DNA of 49,920 nt from an uncultured Candidatus Saccharibacteria bacterium (GTDB taxonomy: Bacteria > Patescibacteriota > Minisyncoccia > 2-01-FULL-47-10 > JBBTYX01): contig CAYTEF010000001.1 of the NCBI GenBank assembly GCA_964436845.1, forward strand, positions 1-49,920, given 5' to 3'. The stretch's first letter is position 1, and every line of letters starts with the position of its first letter. Below, one piece after another: positions 6,968-14,477 of the stretch. The translations under genes were made by a program, and so were the position numbers. The notes beneath the pieces were generated by a model that was not told the origin of the DNA, did not search any database, and saw nothing but the letters and a program-made list of their open reading frames with translations.

Positions 6968-9427
6968 TTAAATTTTGTTCAGAAAAAAGTTGTTCAAAAT
7001 AAAACGTGTGAATATTTTTTTAGATGCTGGCTTTTTAAATTCTTCCCAATCCTTATTCTTAAGAAGAAATAGGTATAGACTACCACTTTTGAGTTTATCT
7101 TCTACCTGACTTTTATCCATTGGTATAAATGCATTTTCCGAGTATATTTCAATGCATACATCATTAACCGCTTTAGTAAATTCCTTTTTACTTTGAAACT
7201 TTCCATCGACTAATGATTGTAGACCAGGGTGCTTTTTGAGATGCCGTTCTCTGATAAATTGTTGAGCATCCATGATTGCTCGACTTTCATCTTTCTGTTC
7301 CGTATATTGATAACCAAATATAGGTTTGAACGCCTTATTAATGATATTTTGAAACTTTAATTGCGATGCCGGAAAATAAAGATAATCGCTCATCTTTTTG
7401 ATTCCCACTTTTTCATCTAATTCACGTTCACCTTTTTTAAGCACTCCGAGATAGAATTTATCTCTTCCGTTTATCATGCTCTTAAATAAATAAGAATTGT
7501 ATTGTTTTGAAAAGCCCTGAAGTAGAGTATCTTTCTCGAAATTAAGCTTTATCTTATTTTCGTCAAATGGCTTCTTGGTTATATAGTTTCGGAAAGCATT
7601 ATAATACTTGATAAGTTGAAAATCCTTAGCGTACGGTTCTAACTGCGCATAAAACTCTGTGCTAATATCCGTAAGTTTAGCCATATCAAGTTCATCCAGG
7701 GCCAAATATTTCATCATTTGATAAATACGCAAAGCGGCATCGGCGTAATTTTTAACTTTCGCAATTTCGTCTTTTTTACGCGCCTTAGAAAAATGTTTCA
7801 GTGTACATGCTTCTTTTAAACGACTATCGTAGCCATAAATAATGATACCATCTTCTCTTGTAGTATCAGTAAACAAGCCTTCAAATTCATACTTCCACAT
7901 GCTTAGAAATTGTTTCCATGGCTGATGATCTTGCCGAATAACGCCTTTTCTATAAAAATCCTCTCTAAAAGGTCTATCCTCCAGTCTTTCAATGGCCTCT
8001 TTTATGTCAGAAATCGTCACAAACTTTTTTACCTTAATCACATCGTTTTCCTTTTTATTTGAGGAGACCTGTGGCAAGTTCCTTTCAAAATCATAACCAC
8101 TCGCAAACCAGCGGCGTGAAATAGTATTGATAGTAGAATTTCTTACATAGATCCTCTCGTATTCTGATGCAAATTCCTTATCAATAAGGAATACCTGCAT
8201 AAATTTCTTAGCAGCATCAAATCGCACCTCATTTGCTGCTATAAATTCCTTGAATCTTTCAATAAAAATTTCTTCTTCTGTTTTTTCTTCAGTAGCCTCT
8301 ATAAGCTGTGCTTGCTGCTCTATCTCGCCCAAAATTTGTTTCTCAAGAGTCCTGAAAGTAGGAAAATTGCTTTTCTTAAAATCACCCTTTGCCGTTTTTG
8401 CTTCGCTGATTTTTTTATCCCCGTACTCTTTTATGACTTTATTTATGCGCCCAATGACTTTATTGTAAGAATTATCGCTGTCCTCTGCACCTTCTAGCGC
8501 TTCAATATTTTTCTGCAAAAGATACTTACTGTAATTTTCTACTTTGAAAATGTCAGCTTGCTCAAGACCAATCTCTTGAAAATTATCTTTATACTTTTCG
8601 TCAAAAATCCTTGCATTTGCTGAAAACAAATCAAAATTACTCACGATGCGAGTGGCTAACGCAGTTGCCATACCATTATCCGCGTAAACATTTTTGCGCG
8701 TCGCTTGAAATTTCGTTAGGTAGCCGGAAAAACGATCAAAGCTATCAAAAATATACCGTCGTTTGTTTGGGTTTTCGCTTTCCTCTACAAATAAACTCGG
8801 CCAGCCCAGTTTTTTGTATTCCACGTCCTTTGATGCGGGGAACTCGTATTTAAGTATTTGTAGAACGCCCGCCGATGTAAGAAATCCGACCCCTTTTTCA
8901 TTTTCCCTTTCTTCGTTGTTGTTATTTCTCTTCCCAAAATTAATTGCACTCCCATCTTCCAATTTTTTGCCAAAATAATATTTTTTCCATTCGCCTGCCT
9001 GGCGATTAAACAAATTGACGATTTGTTTATAAAAATCTTCCTTTGTGTCCTGTACCTTTTTTCCAAGGCTATTTATTTCCTTTTGTATGGAATCAGTCGC
9101 TTCCCTTTTCTCTCGTGCCAATCGCAGCACGATTCGTTTTTCATTAAGCTTTTTCTTTATTCCTTGCAAAAATTGTGCAAATGCGCGAAAATCCAGCTCC
9201 GCTACCTCATCGGGAGCTAATGCAGTATCTATAAATCTCTGATGGAGTTTATCAAAGTAAAACTTTGCTTGGCTATAACTATCGTCAATAGTTTTATCTT
9301 TCTCAAAAACTTTATTCTCCTTTAAAAATTGTTCAGTTTCTCCCACCGGTTTTAACTCAAATCTCAACGTTTTAGAAAGCTGATATTTTCCAACAAATTG
9401 ATTAAAAATACTTTCTCCATTAATCAT
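6968..9427 (-). CDS. cas12a: Cas12a (Cpf1) N-terminal fragment: WED-I/II, REC lobe and PI
   Basis: The N-terminus FVGKYQLSKTLRFELKPVGETEQFL is the Cas12a signature. ...SLYLFLLKNKDWEEFKKPASKK then runs out of frame and stops at 6968. Confidence 0.9.
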   Translation of the reverse strand: MINGESIFNQFVGKYQLSKTLRFELKPVGETEQFLKENKVFEKDKTIDDSYSQAKFYFDKLHQRFIDTALAPDEVAELDFRAFAQFLQGIKKKLNEKRIVLRLAREKREATDSIQKEINSLGKKVQDTKEDFYKQIVNLFNRQAGEWKKYYFGKKLEDGSAINFGKRNNNNEERENEKGVGFLTSAGVLQILKYEFPASKDVEYKKLGWPSLFVEESENPNKRRYIFDSFDRFSGYLTKFQATRKNVYADNGMATALATRIVSNFDLFSANARIFDEKYKDNFQEIGLEQADIFKVENYSKYLLQKNIEALEGAEDSDNSYNKVIGRINKVIKEYGDKKISEAKTAKGDFKKSNFPTFRTLEKQILGEIEQQAQLIEATEEKTEEEIFIERFKEFIAANEVRFDAAKKFMQVFLIDKEFASEYERIYVRNSTINTISRRWFASGYDFERNLPQVSSNKKENDVIKVKKFVTISDIKEAIERLEDRPFREDFYRKGVIRQDHQPWKQFLSMWKYEFEGLFTDTTREDGIIIYGYDSRLKEACTLKHFSKARKKDEIAKVKNYADAALRIYQMMKYLALDELDMAKLTDISTEFYAQLEPYAKDFQLIKYYNAFRNYITKKPFDENKIKLNFEKDTLLQGFSKQYNSYLFKSMINGRDKFYLGVLKKGERELDEKVGIKKMSDYLYFPASQLKFQNIINKAFKPIFGYQYTEQKDESRAIMDAQQFIRERHLKKHPGLQSLVDGKFQSKKEFTKAVNDVCIEIYSENAFIPMDKSQVEDKLKSGSLYLFLLKNKDWEEFKKPASKKIFTRFILNNFFLNKI
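7015..7021 (-). other. cas12a: Frameshift site in cas12a (A7 homopolymer on the coding strand)
   Basis: The coding strand reads GCA TCT AAAAAAA TAT TCA CAC. With 8 A the reading would be ...PASKKNIHTFYF..., continuous with the downstream Cas12a frame. With 7 A the frame ends 15 codons later. Confidence 0.85.
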
Positions 9428-9468
9428 AAGAATGAAGGTGATTTAATAAAATCCTCCAAAGAAAAACT

Positions 9469-9546
9469 AAAAAAGGACGACGGTTGTCGCCCAACAGATA
9501 TTGCTTACCAAACGGTTAAGCGCTATTGGAACCGTCGCCCTTTTTT
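9469..9546. terminator. Terminator-like hairpin flanked by A6 and T6, in the cas12a upstream region
   Basis: GGACGACGGTT (9475-9485) pairs with AACCGTCGCCC (9530-9540). A compact alternative pairs 9475-9481 with 9486-9492. An A-run at 9469-9474 and a T-run at 9541-9546 give a U-tract on either strand. Confidence 0.45.
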
Positions 9547-9607
9547 AATCTCAAGGGCAACAAAATTCCGTTTGGCAACAAAACACATCTGTTTAAGCGA
9601 CGCTATC

Positions 9608-9635
9608 ATTATACGCATTGACGGAAAAAAGTCAA
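9608..9635 (-). promoter_or_regulatory. Candidate sigma70-type promoter for cas12a
   Basis: The minus strand reads TTGACT (9635-9630), a 16-nt spacer, then TATAAT (9613-9608). This predicts a 5' UTR of about 170 nt. Confidence 0.5.
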
Positions 9636-9688
9636 ATTTGCCTTGATACATTTACGGCGAAACGGCAGCCGCAAATAGGCGTTCAGTA

Positions 9689-9717
9689 TTGACTTTTGTA
9701 TAGGGTGGCGGTAATAT
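9689..9717 (+). promoter_or_regulatory. Candidate promoter divergent from cas12a
   Basis: TTGACT (9689-9694), a 17-nt spacer, then TAATAT (9712-9717). An overlapping perfect TATAAT lies at 9715-9720. Confidence 0.45.
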
Positions 9718-9723
9718 AATTGT

Positions 9724-9781
9724 ATCACGATGGGAGCAGGTTCATAAGGTGCCGTCCTTATGCAATTGGCTCCCGTTTTTT
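9724..9781 (+). ncRNA. Candidate small RNA of about 55-60 nt: a single long hairpin plus U-tract
   Basis: It lies downstream of the 9689-9717 promoter. GGGAGC (9732-9737) pairs with GCTCCC (9769-9774), and inner CATAAGG (9744-9750) pairs with CCTTATG (9756-9762). T6 follows at 9776-9781. There is no plus-strand ORF to terminate. Confidence 0.35.
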
Positions 9782-9839
9782 ATTGCCTTTTTTGCCCGCT
9801 TTTTGAAGGCGTTTTTTTCACTCAAAAGTGAACGTGTGT

Positions 9840-11522
9840 CTACCGCAACGGCGAACCGGTGGGATAGCGGTCAAGGTCCTGTTGGGTACTAAGAACTTCT
9901 ACATTTTCCCACTTCAATTTTCTTCGGGCAAAGGCTTTCTCATCTTTTACCCACTGCTTGACGCCATTTTTTAGGAAATAAACCCGATAATCATTTACAT
10001 AGCGGATTAAGCGGTCGCGCGTACTTTGTTCCTTTTGTTTTGCAACACTTATTCCGCGGCCAATGCAGTAAACCGGATCATCGCAGTTAATGTCTAAAAT
10101 AACACCGTCAATGTCTTTACGGAGCGCTGAATTCTCTTCTTCTTCCAAAGTCACATAAAGAATAAAATTCTTTCCCGCGCCGTCCGTCCAGTAGCCGTAA
10201 AGAAGCCCGTCTGTTGGCTGGGCAGGGAAACTTCCTTCAATGCTTCGTTTGCGGCTCTGGCCTTCGCGCTGATTGCCCGCCTGACTCACAAGCGCTGTTT
10301 TTAACTTTGCCCATATATTTTCGCGGCGGTGCGAAAGTTCCTCTTGCATTAAAGGATCACTGCCCACCTCGTCAAAATACGCCTTAAGGTATCCGTCAAC
10401 GCGCGAAAGATCGCTTACGCGTTTAGAATCGCGCGAACTTGTACGCTTGCCTGATGCGTCCTCGGTTACATAGTGAATAGTAAGCTCTCGCAAAATAGAC
10501 GTTACATTGGGACTGGAAGAAGAAAAGACTGCTTTCCAGCGAAGCTCTCTGCCCGTGGTAGAAAAAAGCACGCGCTCGCCTGCATTGCCGCTAAACCAAT
10601 GATCGCCATTATCAGGAGAAAAAAGATAGGTAAGCGAGCTTCCCGAAGGAGTTGAGGCATCGTGAGAGAGGGTTAATTCCACCACATCAAAAGTACCGCG
10701 GGCGCGAATCGTGCGCGATTCTACCGACATGCCTGCCCCATATCCATTATCCTGAATTAAAAATACTTCCTTACCATCGGCAATGATCATGCCTCCGCCT
10801 GAAACGTCTGTCTCAAGGGAGTGAATACCAAAGTCAACGCGAGGCACCTGTCCAAAGACATTTACCAGGATTAAGCCGTCAAAGTAGGAAAGATTTCTCC
10901 CACCTCCTGAAAAAAACCACGCATTTCCCGACCATGCAACTTGCGTGCGCGAAGAGACGCGTAATTCTTTAAGCTCGTTATTTGCTTCCTCGCGCCACAC
11001 CCCGGACCGGAAGGAGAAAAAGCGCGCGGGAGAAATAGTATAAATTACCAAAAATTCATTGGAATTTTTTACTCCAATGGAAAATGATCCCAATCGCTTG
11101 TCAGAAAAAAGCGAAGGGGAATGAAGGAGTGTTGCTTTTCCTGCCTCAATCAAATAGATACGACCCACCCAGTCTTTTGAAATTTCATCGCGCGAAAATC
11201 CAAAAAGCAACACACCCGAAGGAGTAACTTTGCAGCCGATATTTCGCTCAAGTAAAGTAAGATTATGATCGCTTATGAGCTTTTTTGCATCGCACATAAA
11301 TTTCTCAAGCGCGGAGAGGGGAAGTTGGCGCGCGCCATAGGTACGGCTTGCTATAACGCGCCGCCCCAATGAATCGTACCAAGCCGAGGTAAAATTAAAA
11401 TCAAGCGATCCCGGAGATCGTAAGCTCTGACTAACCGTAAATTCCTCGCGAAAAACGCTCTTTGCGGGGAGAGCTAAAAATATTCCTATAAAAACAAGGA
11501 AGAGCAGGGTATATCTTTTCAT
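9840..11522 (-). CDS. Hypothetical secreted protein (560 aa)
   Basis: Long ORF with an N-terminal signal-like segment MKRYTLLFLVFIGIFLALPAKS. No domain was recognised. Confidence 0.7.
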   Translation of the reverse strand: MKRYTLLFLVFIGIFLALPAKSVFREEFTVSQSLRSPGSLDFNFTSAWYDSLGRRVIASRTYGARQLPLSALEKFMCDAKKLISDHNLTLLERNIGCKVTPSGVLLFGFSRDEISKDWVGRIYLIEAGKATLLHSPSLFSDKRLGSFSIGVKNSNEFLVIYTISPARFFSFRSGVWREEANNELKELRVSSRTQVAWSGNAWFFSGGGRNLSYFDGLILVNVFGQVPRVDFGIHSLETDVSGGGMIIADGKEVFLIQDNGYGAGMSVESRTIRARGTFDVVELTLSHDASTPSGSSLTYLFSPDNGDHWFSGNAGERVLFSTTGRELRWKAVFSSSSPNVTSILRELTIHYVTEDASGKRTSSRDSKRVSDLSRVDGYLKAYFDEVGSDPLMQEELSHRRENIWAKLKTALVSQAGNQREGQSRKRSIEGSFPAQPTDGLLYGYWTDGAGKNFILYVTLEEEENSALRKDIDGVILDINCDDPVYCIGRGISVAKQKEQSTRDRLIRYVNDYRVYFLKNGVKQWVKDEKAFARRKLKWENVEVLSTQQDLDRYPTGSPLR

Positions 11523-11563
11523 GCGGTATTATTCTACCACCTTTTATTAATTTTGTAAAGACC

Positions 11564-11593
11564 TTGAACCTTCCTATCTTTTCACGCTATAAT
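11564..11593 (+). promoter_or_regulatory. Candidate promoter of the 11606-15186 operon
   Basis: TTGAAC (11564-11569), an 18-nt spacer, then TATAAT (11588-11593). The ATG lies 12 nt after the -10 box and no SD is present. Confidence 0.5.
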
Positions 11594-11605
11594 AGACCTT
11601 CAATT

Positions 11606-12385
11606 ATGAAATTACCCGAACATTTAGCAAGCAGCATGCAGAAATACTGGGATAAGCAAGAATCGCTATTTAAAGAAATAAAAAAGGCCGGCGGAATTAA
11701 TACCTACGTTAACTCCTTTGAAAAAAAGGGTGGGTTATTTACGCTGGAAAATCGTTCCGTTTGCTGTATAGATGAACGAACGACGCAAGGAAAAATCCAT
11801 TACGCGGGTTCGGGTATTCTTGATAGAGATCAGGCAATTAATCGTATAAAAAATATAGAAGCCGATGGCGTTTATAGCCACGAAGAATGCGGAGCCGCGG
11901 CCTTGGCATTTAAAGGCCTCTCGGAAGAGGAAAAGGAGAAATTTCAAACCCCTGAAGCATACGCGAAGTGGTGGGCAGAGCATGTTTCAAAAGAGCTCGG
12001 TATTCCTTATAAAGGACACCTGGAGACACATCCCAAATTCCACATCGCGCGCGTGAGCTATTATGACGGCACCGGACGATTTGATCCTTCGCAATCTGAT
12101 AAGCTTCCGCCGGGATTTTTGATAAGCCGCGCGTACCTTGACCCTGAATATGCGGCAAAGGAATTGGATTTAAGTGTCGCTATCGCCTTTGGCAAGGACG
12201 CTTTTGGAAAAGAAAAATTTATTGAATCGCCTTTCCTCATTATCCCTGTCGCGGATAAAGAAAGTTCCCACCTCACCCTTGAAATGCTTAAAGAAGAAGC
12301 GCAAAAGATCGCAAAAAATTATGAAGGGAAGGTAATTGTTGACGGATTGAGTGTTGATCTTGCCTCTCTTTTGCAAAAACCATGA
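11606..12385 (+). CDS. Hypothetical protein with beta-carbonic-anhydrase-like CxDxR and HxxCG motifs
   Basis: VCCIDERT and, 38 residues later, SHEECGAAA. The ORF-track start at 11564 is TTG and lies inside the promoter, so ATG 11606 (MKLPEHL...) is preferred. The stop overlaps the next gene (ATGA). Confidence 0.6.
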   Translation: MKLPEHLASSMQKYWDKQESLFKEIKKAGGINTYVNSFEKKGGLFTLENRSVCCIDERTTQGKIHYAGSGILDRDQAINRIKNIEADGVYSHEECGAAALAFKGLSEEEKEKFQTPEAYAKWWAEHVSKELGIPYKGHLETHPKFHIARVSYYDGTGRFDPSQSDKLPPGFLISRAYLDPEYAAKELDLSVAIAFGKDAFGKEKFIESPFLIIPVADKESSHLTLEMLKEEAQKIAKNYEGKVIVDGLSVDLASLLQKP

Positions 12386-13494
12386 GACTCATGGAAATTG
12401 AGGGGAAAAAACTTTTTGAGAAGTATGGCATTGCCATTCCTCAAGGCATACTCGCTAACGGGAAAGAGCGCCTTGCCCCGCTTGCCTCACCCGCCGTCAT
12501 TAAAGCACAGACGCTTTCGGGAAATCGCAAAAAAGAAGGCGGTATTTTTTTTGCGCGCGATACGCGAATGGCGCAAAGAGGCATTGCAAAAATCATAGGA
12601 AAAACCATCAGCGGAGAAAAAGTAAGGGAAGTGCTGGTTGAAGAAAAAATTTCTGCCGTAAAAGAATATTACATAGGCATCAGCTACGACACCGACGAAA
12701 GAGGACCCGTCCTTTTACTTTCACCCAAAGGCGGATCAGGTGTGACGAAGGCAAAAGCGATTCCCATTCATTTCAGCCTGGGCGTTCCTCCTTTTTTCTT
12801 GCGCGCGGCTTTAAAGGAGGCAGGGTTTTCCCTTGATGATGCTTCGGGCATTATTCCAGTTATTCAAAAATTATGGAAATTATTCTTGAATGAATATGCG
12901 CTTCTTGCCGAAATTAATCCCCTCTTTAAAACGAAAAAAGGAGACTTCATCGCCGGGGATGCAAAAATTATTTTGGACGATGAAAAGGTGAAGCCGGGCG
13001 AAAGACGATTTATTGAAATGGGAGGAAACATCGCGATTTTGGCTTCCGGTGGGGGCGCTTCACTCTTAAATATTGACGCACTCATGGGACACGGGGGAAA
13101 GCCGGCAAATTATACGGAGTATTCGGGAAATCCAAAAGGAGAAGTGGTAAGAGAACTTACTAAGCGCGTTTTAAATAAAGAAGGATTAAAAGGATGCTGG
13201 GTGGTGGGAGGAACGGCAAACTTTACCGACATTCATGAAACGATGAAGGGATTCGTGGAAGGGTTGCGCCAAGTTACACCAAAGCCCTCATACCCCATTG
13301 TTATCCGCCGCGACGGACCAAGGCAAAAGGAAGCGTTTGAAATGTTAAGTCAAGCGGCAAAAGAAGAAGGATATCAGTTTTACCTTTTTGGAGGCGAGAC
13401 GGCGATGGCTCAGACGGCGAGGATTATGGTGAAGTTGGCATATGATGATTCAAAGCGTAAAGCGAAAAGCGAAAAGCGTAAAATAATAACGTAA
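12382..13494 (+). CDS. sucC: Succinyl-CoA synthetase beta-like ATP-grasp subunit (possible citryl-CoA synthetase large subunit)
   Basis: N-terminus MEIEGKKLFEKYGIAIP, LAEINPL, and GNIAILASGGGASLLNIDALMGHGGKPANYTEYSG, which matches the SucC CoA-ligase region. Confidence 0.8.
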   Translation: MRLMEIEGKKLFEKYGIAIPQGILANGKERLAPLASPAVIKAQTLSGNRKKEGGIFFARDTRMAQRGIAKIIGKTISGEKVREVLVEEKISAVKEYYIGISYDTDERGPVLLLSPKGGSGVTKAKAIPIHFSLGVPPFFLRAALKEAGFSLDDASGIIPVIQKLWKLFLNEYALLAEINPLFKTKKGDFIAGDAKIILDDEKVKPGERRFIEMGGNIAILASGGGASLLNIDALMGHGGKPANYTEYSGNPKGEVVRELTKRVLNKEGLKGCWVVGGTANFTDIHETMKGFVEGLRQVTPKPSYPIVIRRDGPRQKEAFEMLSQAAKEEGYQFYLFGGETAMAQTARIMVKLAYDDSKRKAKSEKRKIIT

Positions 13495-13562
13495 AACTAA
13501 AAATATTTTTAATTTTGCATCGTTGCTTTGCATTTTTCGTTTTTCGCTTTACACTTAAATTC

Positions 13563-14477
13563 ATGAGCATCTTAATAGACGAAAAAACAAACGTATTGAT
13601 CCAGGGAATCACGGGCAATGAGGGTTCGCGCGCGTGCCGCGAGATTCTTTTATATGGAACAAAGGTACGCGCAGGGGTTACGCCGGGAAAAGCGGGACAA
13701 AAAGTGCATCGTGTTCCGGTCTATGATACAATCAAGGAAGCATTGAAAAAGTATCCTGATATTAATACCTCGCTCATCGCGGTTCCGGCAGCATTTGTAA
13801 AAGATGCCGCAATGGAGGCGATATGGAATAAAATTCCTTTAATTGATATTCTAACCGAGCACGTGCCCACCGAGGATAGTGCCATGATCCTTGCATTCGC
13901 TCGCGAACGCGGAATGCGCCTTGTGGGGCCTGCTTCCGTTGGCATCATCTCTCCGGAAAAAGCAAAAGTGGGAAGTATTGGAAGCTCGGAAGTTGAGAAA
14001 GTATTTAAAAAAGGAGGGATCGGCGTTGTCTCAAAGAGTGGGGGCATGACCGCAGAAATCGCCTCTATTCTTACGCGGGCAGGGTTTGGACAGAGTACGG
14101 TGGTGGGAATAGGGGGAGACCAGATTATAGGATCTGATTTTTGCGATATCCTTGAACTATTTGAAAAAGACAGCGAGACAAAAGCGGTTGTCATGTTTGG
14201 AGAAATTGGCGGCACATACGAGGAAAAGGCGGCAGAATATATTCGCGAAGGGAAGTATAGCAAGCCAGCGGTTGCCATTATTGCAGGAAAATTTACTTCA
14301 TACCTCCCAAAGGAAACCGTGCTGGGCCACGCGGGCGCTATAGTGGCAAAAGGCCGCGGCAGTTATGCGTCAAAGGTGAGCGCGTTAAAGCGCGCCGGGG
14401 TGCTTATGGCAAAAACATTGGAGGAAATTCCCATACTTTTAAAGAAGGTACGTTATGAAGTGGCGAACATCCATTAG
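13563..14477 (+). CDS. sucD: Succinyl-CoA synthetase alpha-like subunit (possible citryl-CoA synthetase small subunit)
   Basis: MSILIDEKTNVLIQGITGNEG, GVVSKSGGMT, GQSTVVGIGGD and the phosphohistidine loop LGHAGAIV. ATG 13563 is preferred over the ORF-track start at 13515. Confidence 0.85.
   Translation: MSILIDEKTNVLIQGITGNEGSRACREILLYGTKVRAGVTPGKAGQKVHRVPVYDTIKEALKKYPDINTSLIAVPAAFVKDAAMEAIWNKIPLIDILTEHVPTEDSAMILAFARERGMRLVGPASVGIISPEKAKVGSIGSSEVEKVFKKGGIGVVSKSGGMTAEIASILTRAGFGQSTVVGIGGDQIIGSDFCDILELFEKDSETKAVVMFGEIGGTYEEKAAEYIREGKYSKPAVAIIAGKFTSYLPKETVLGHAGAIVAKGRGSYASKVSALKRAGVLMAKTLEEIPILLKKVRYEVANIH

Noticed and set aside
9398-9646. An 82-aa plus-strand ORF upstream of cas12a.
   Set aside because: It overlaps the cas12a start, the A6/T6 hairpin and the predicted cas12a promoter. 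It resembles no protein family and has no RBS. The region is better explained as regulatory DNA.
13721-14278. A 185-aa ORF antisense to the sucD-like gene.
   Set aside because: It overlaps a strongly conserved sense-strand gene, has Pro/Ser/Ala-rich low-complexity composition, and has no start context.
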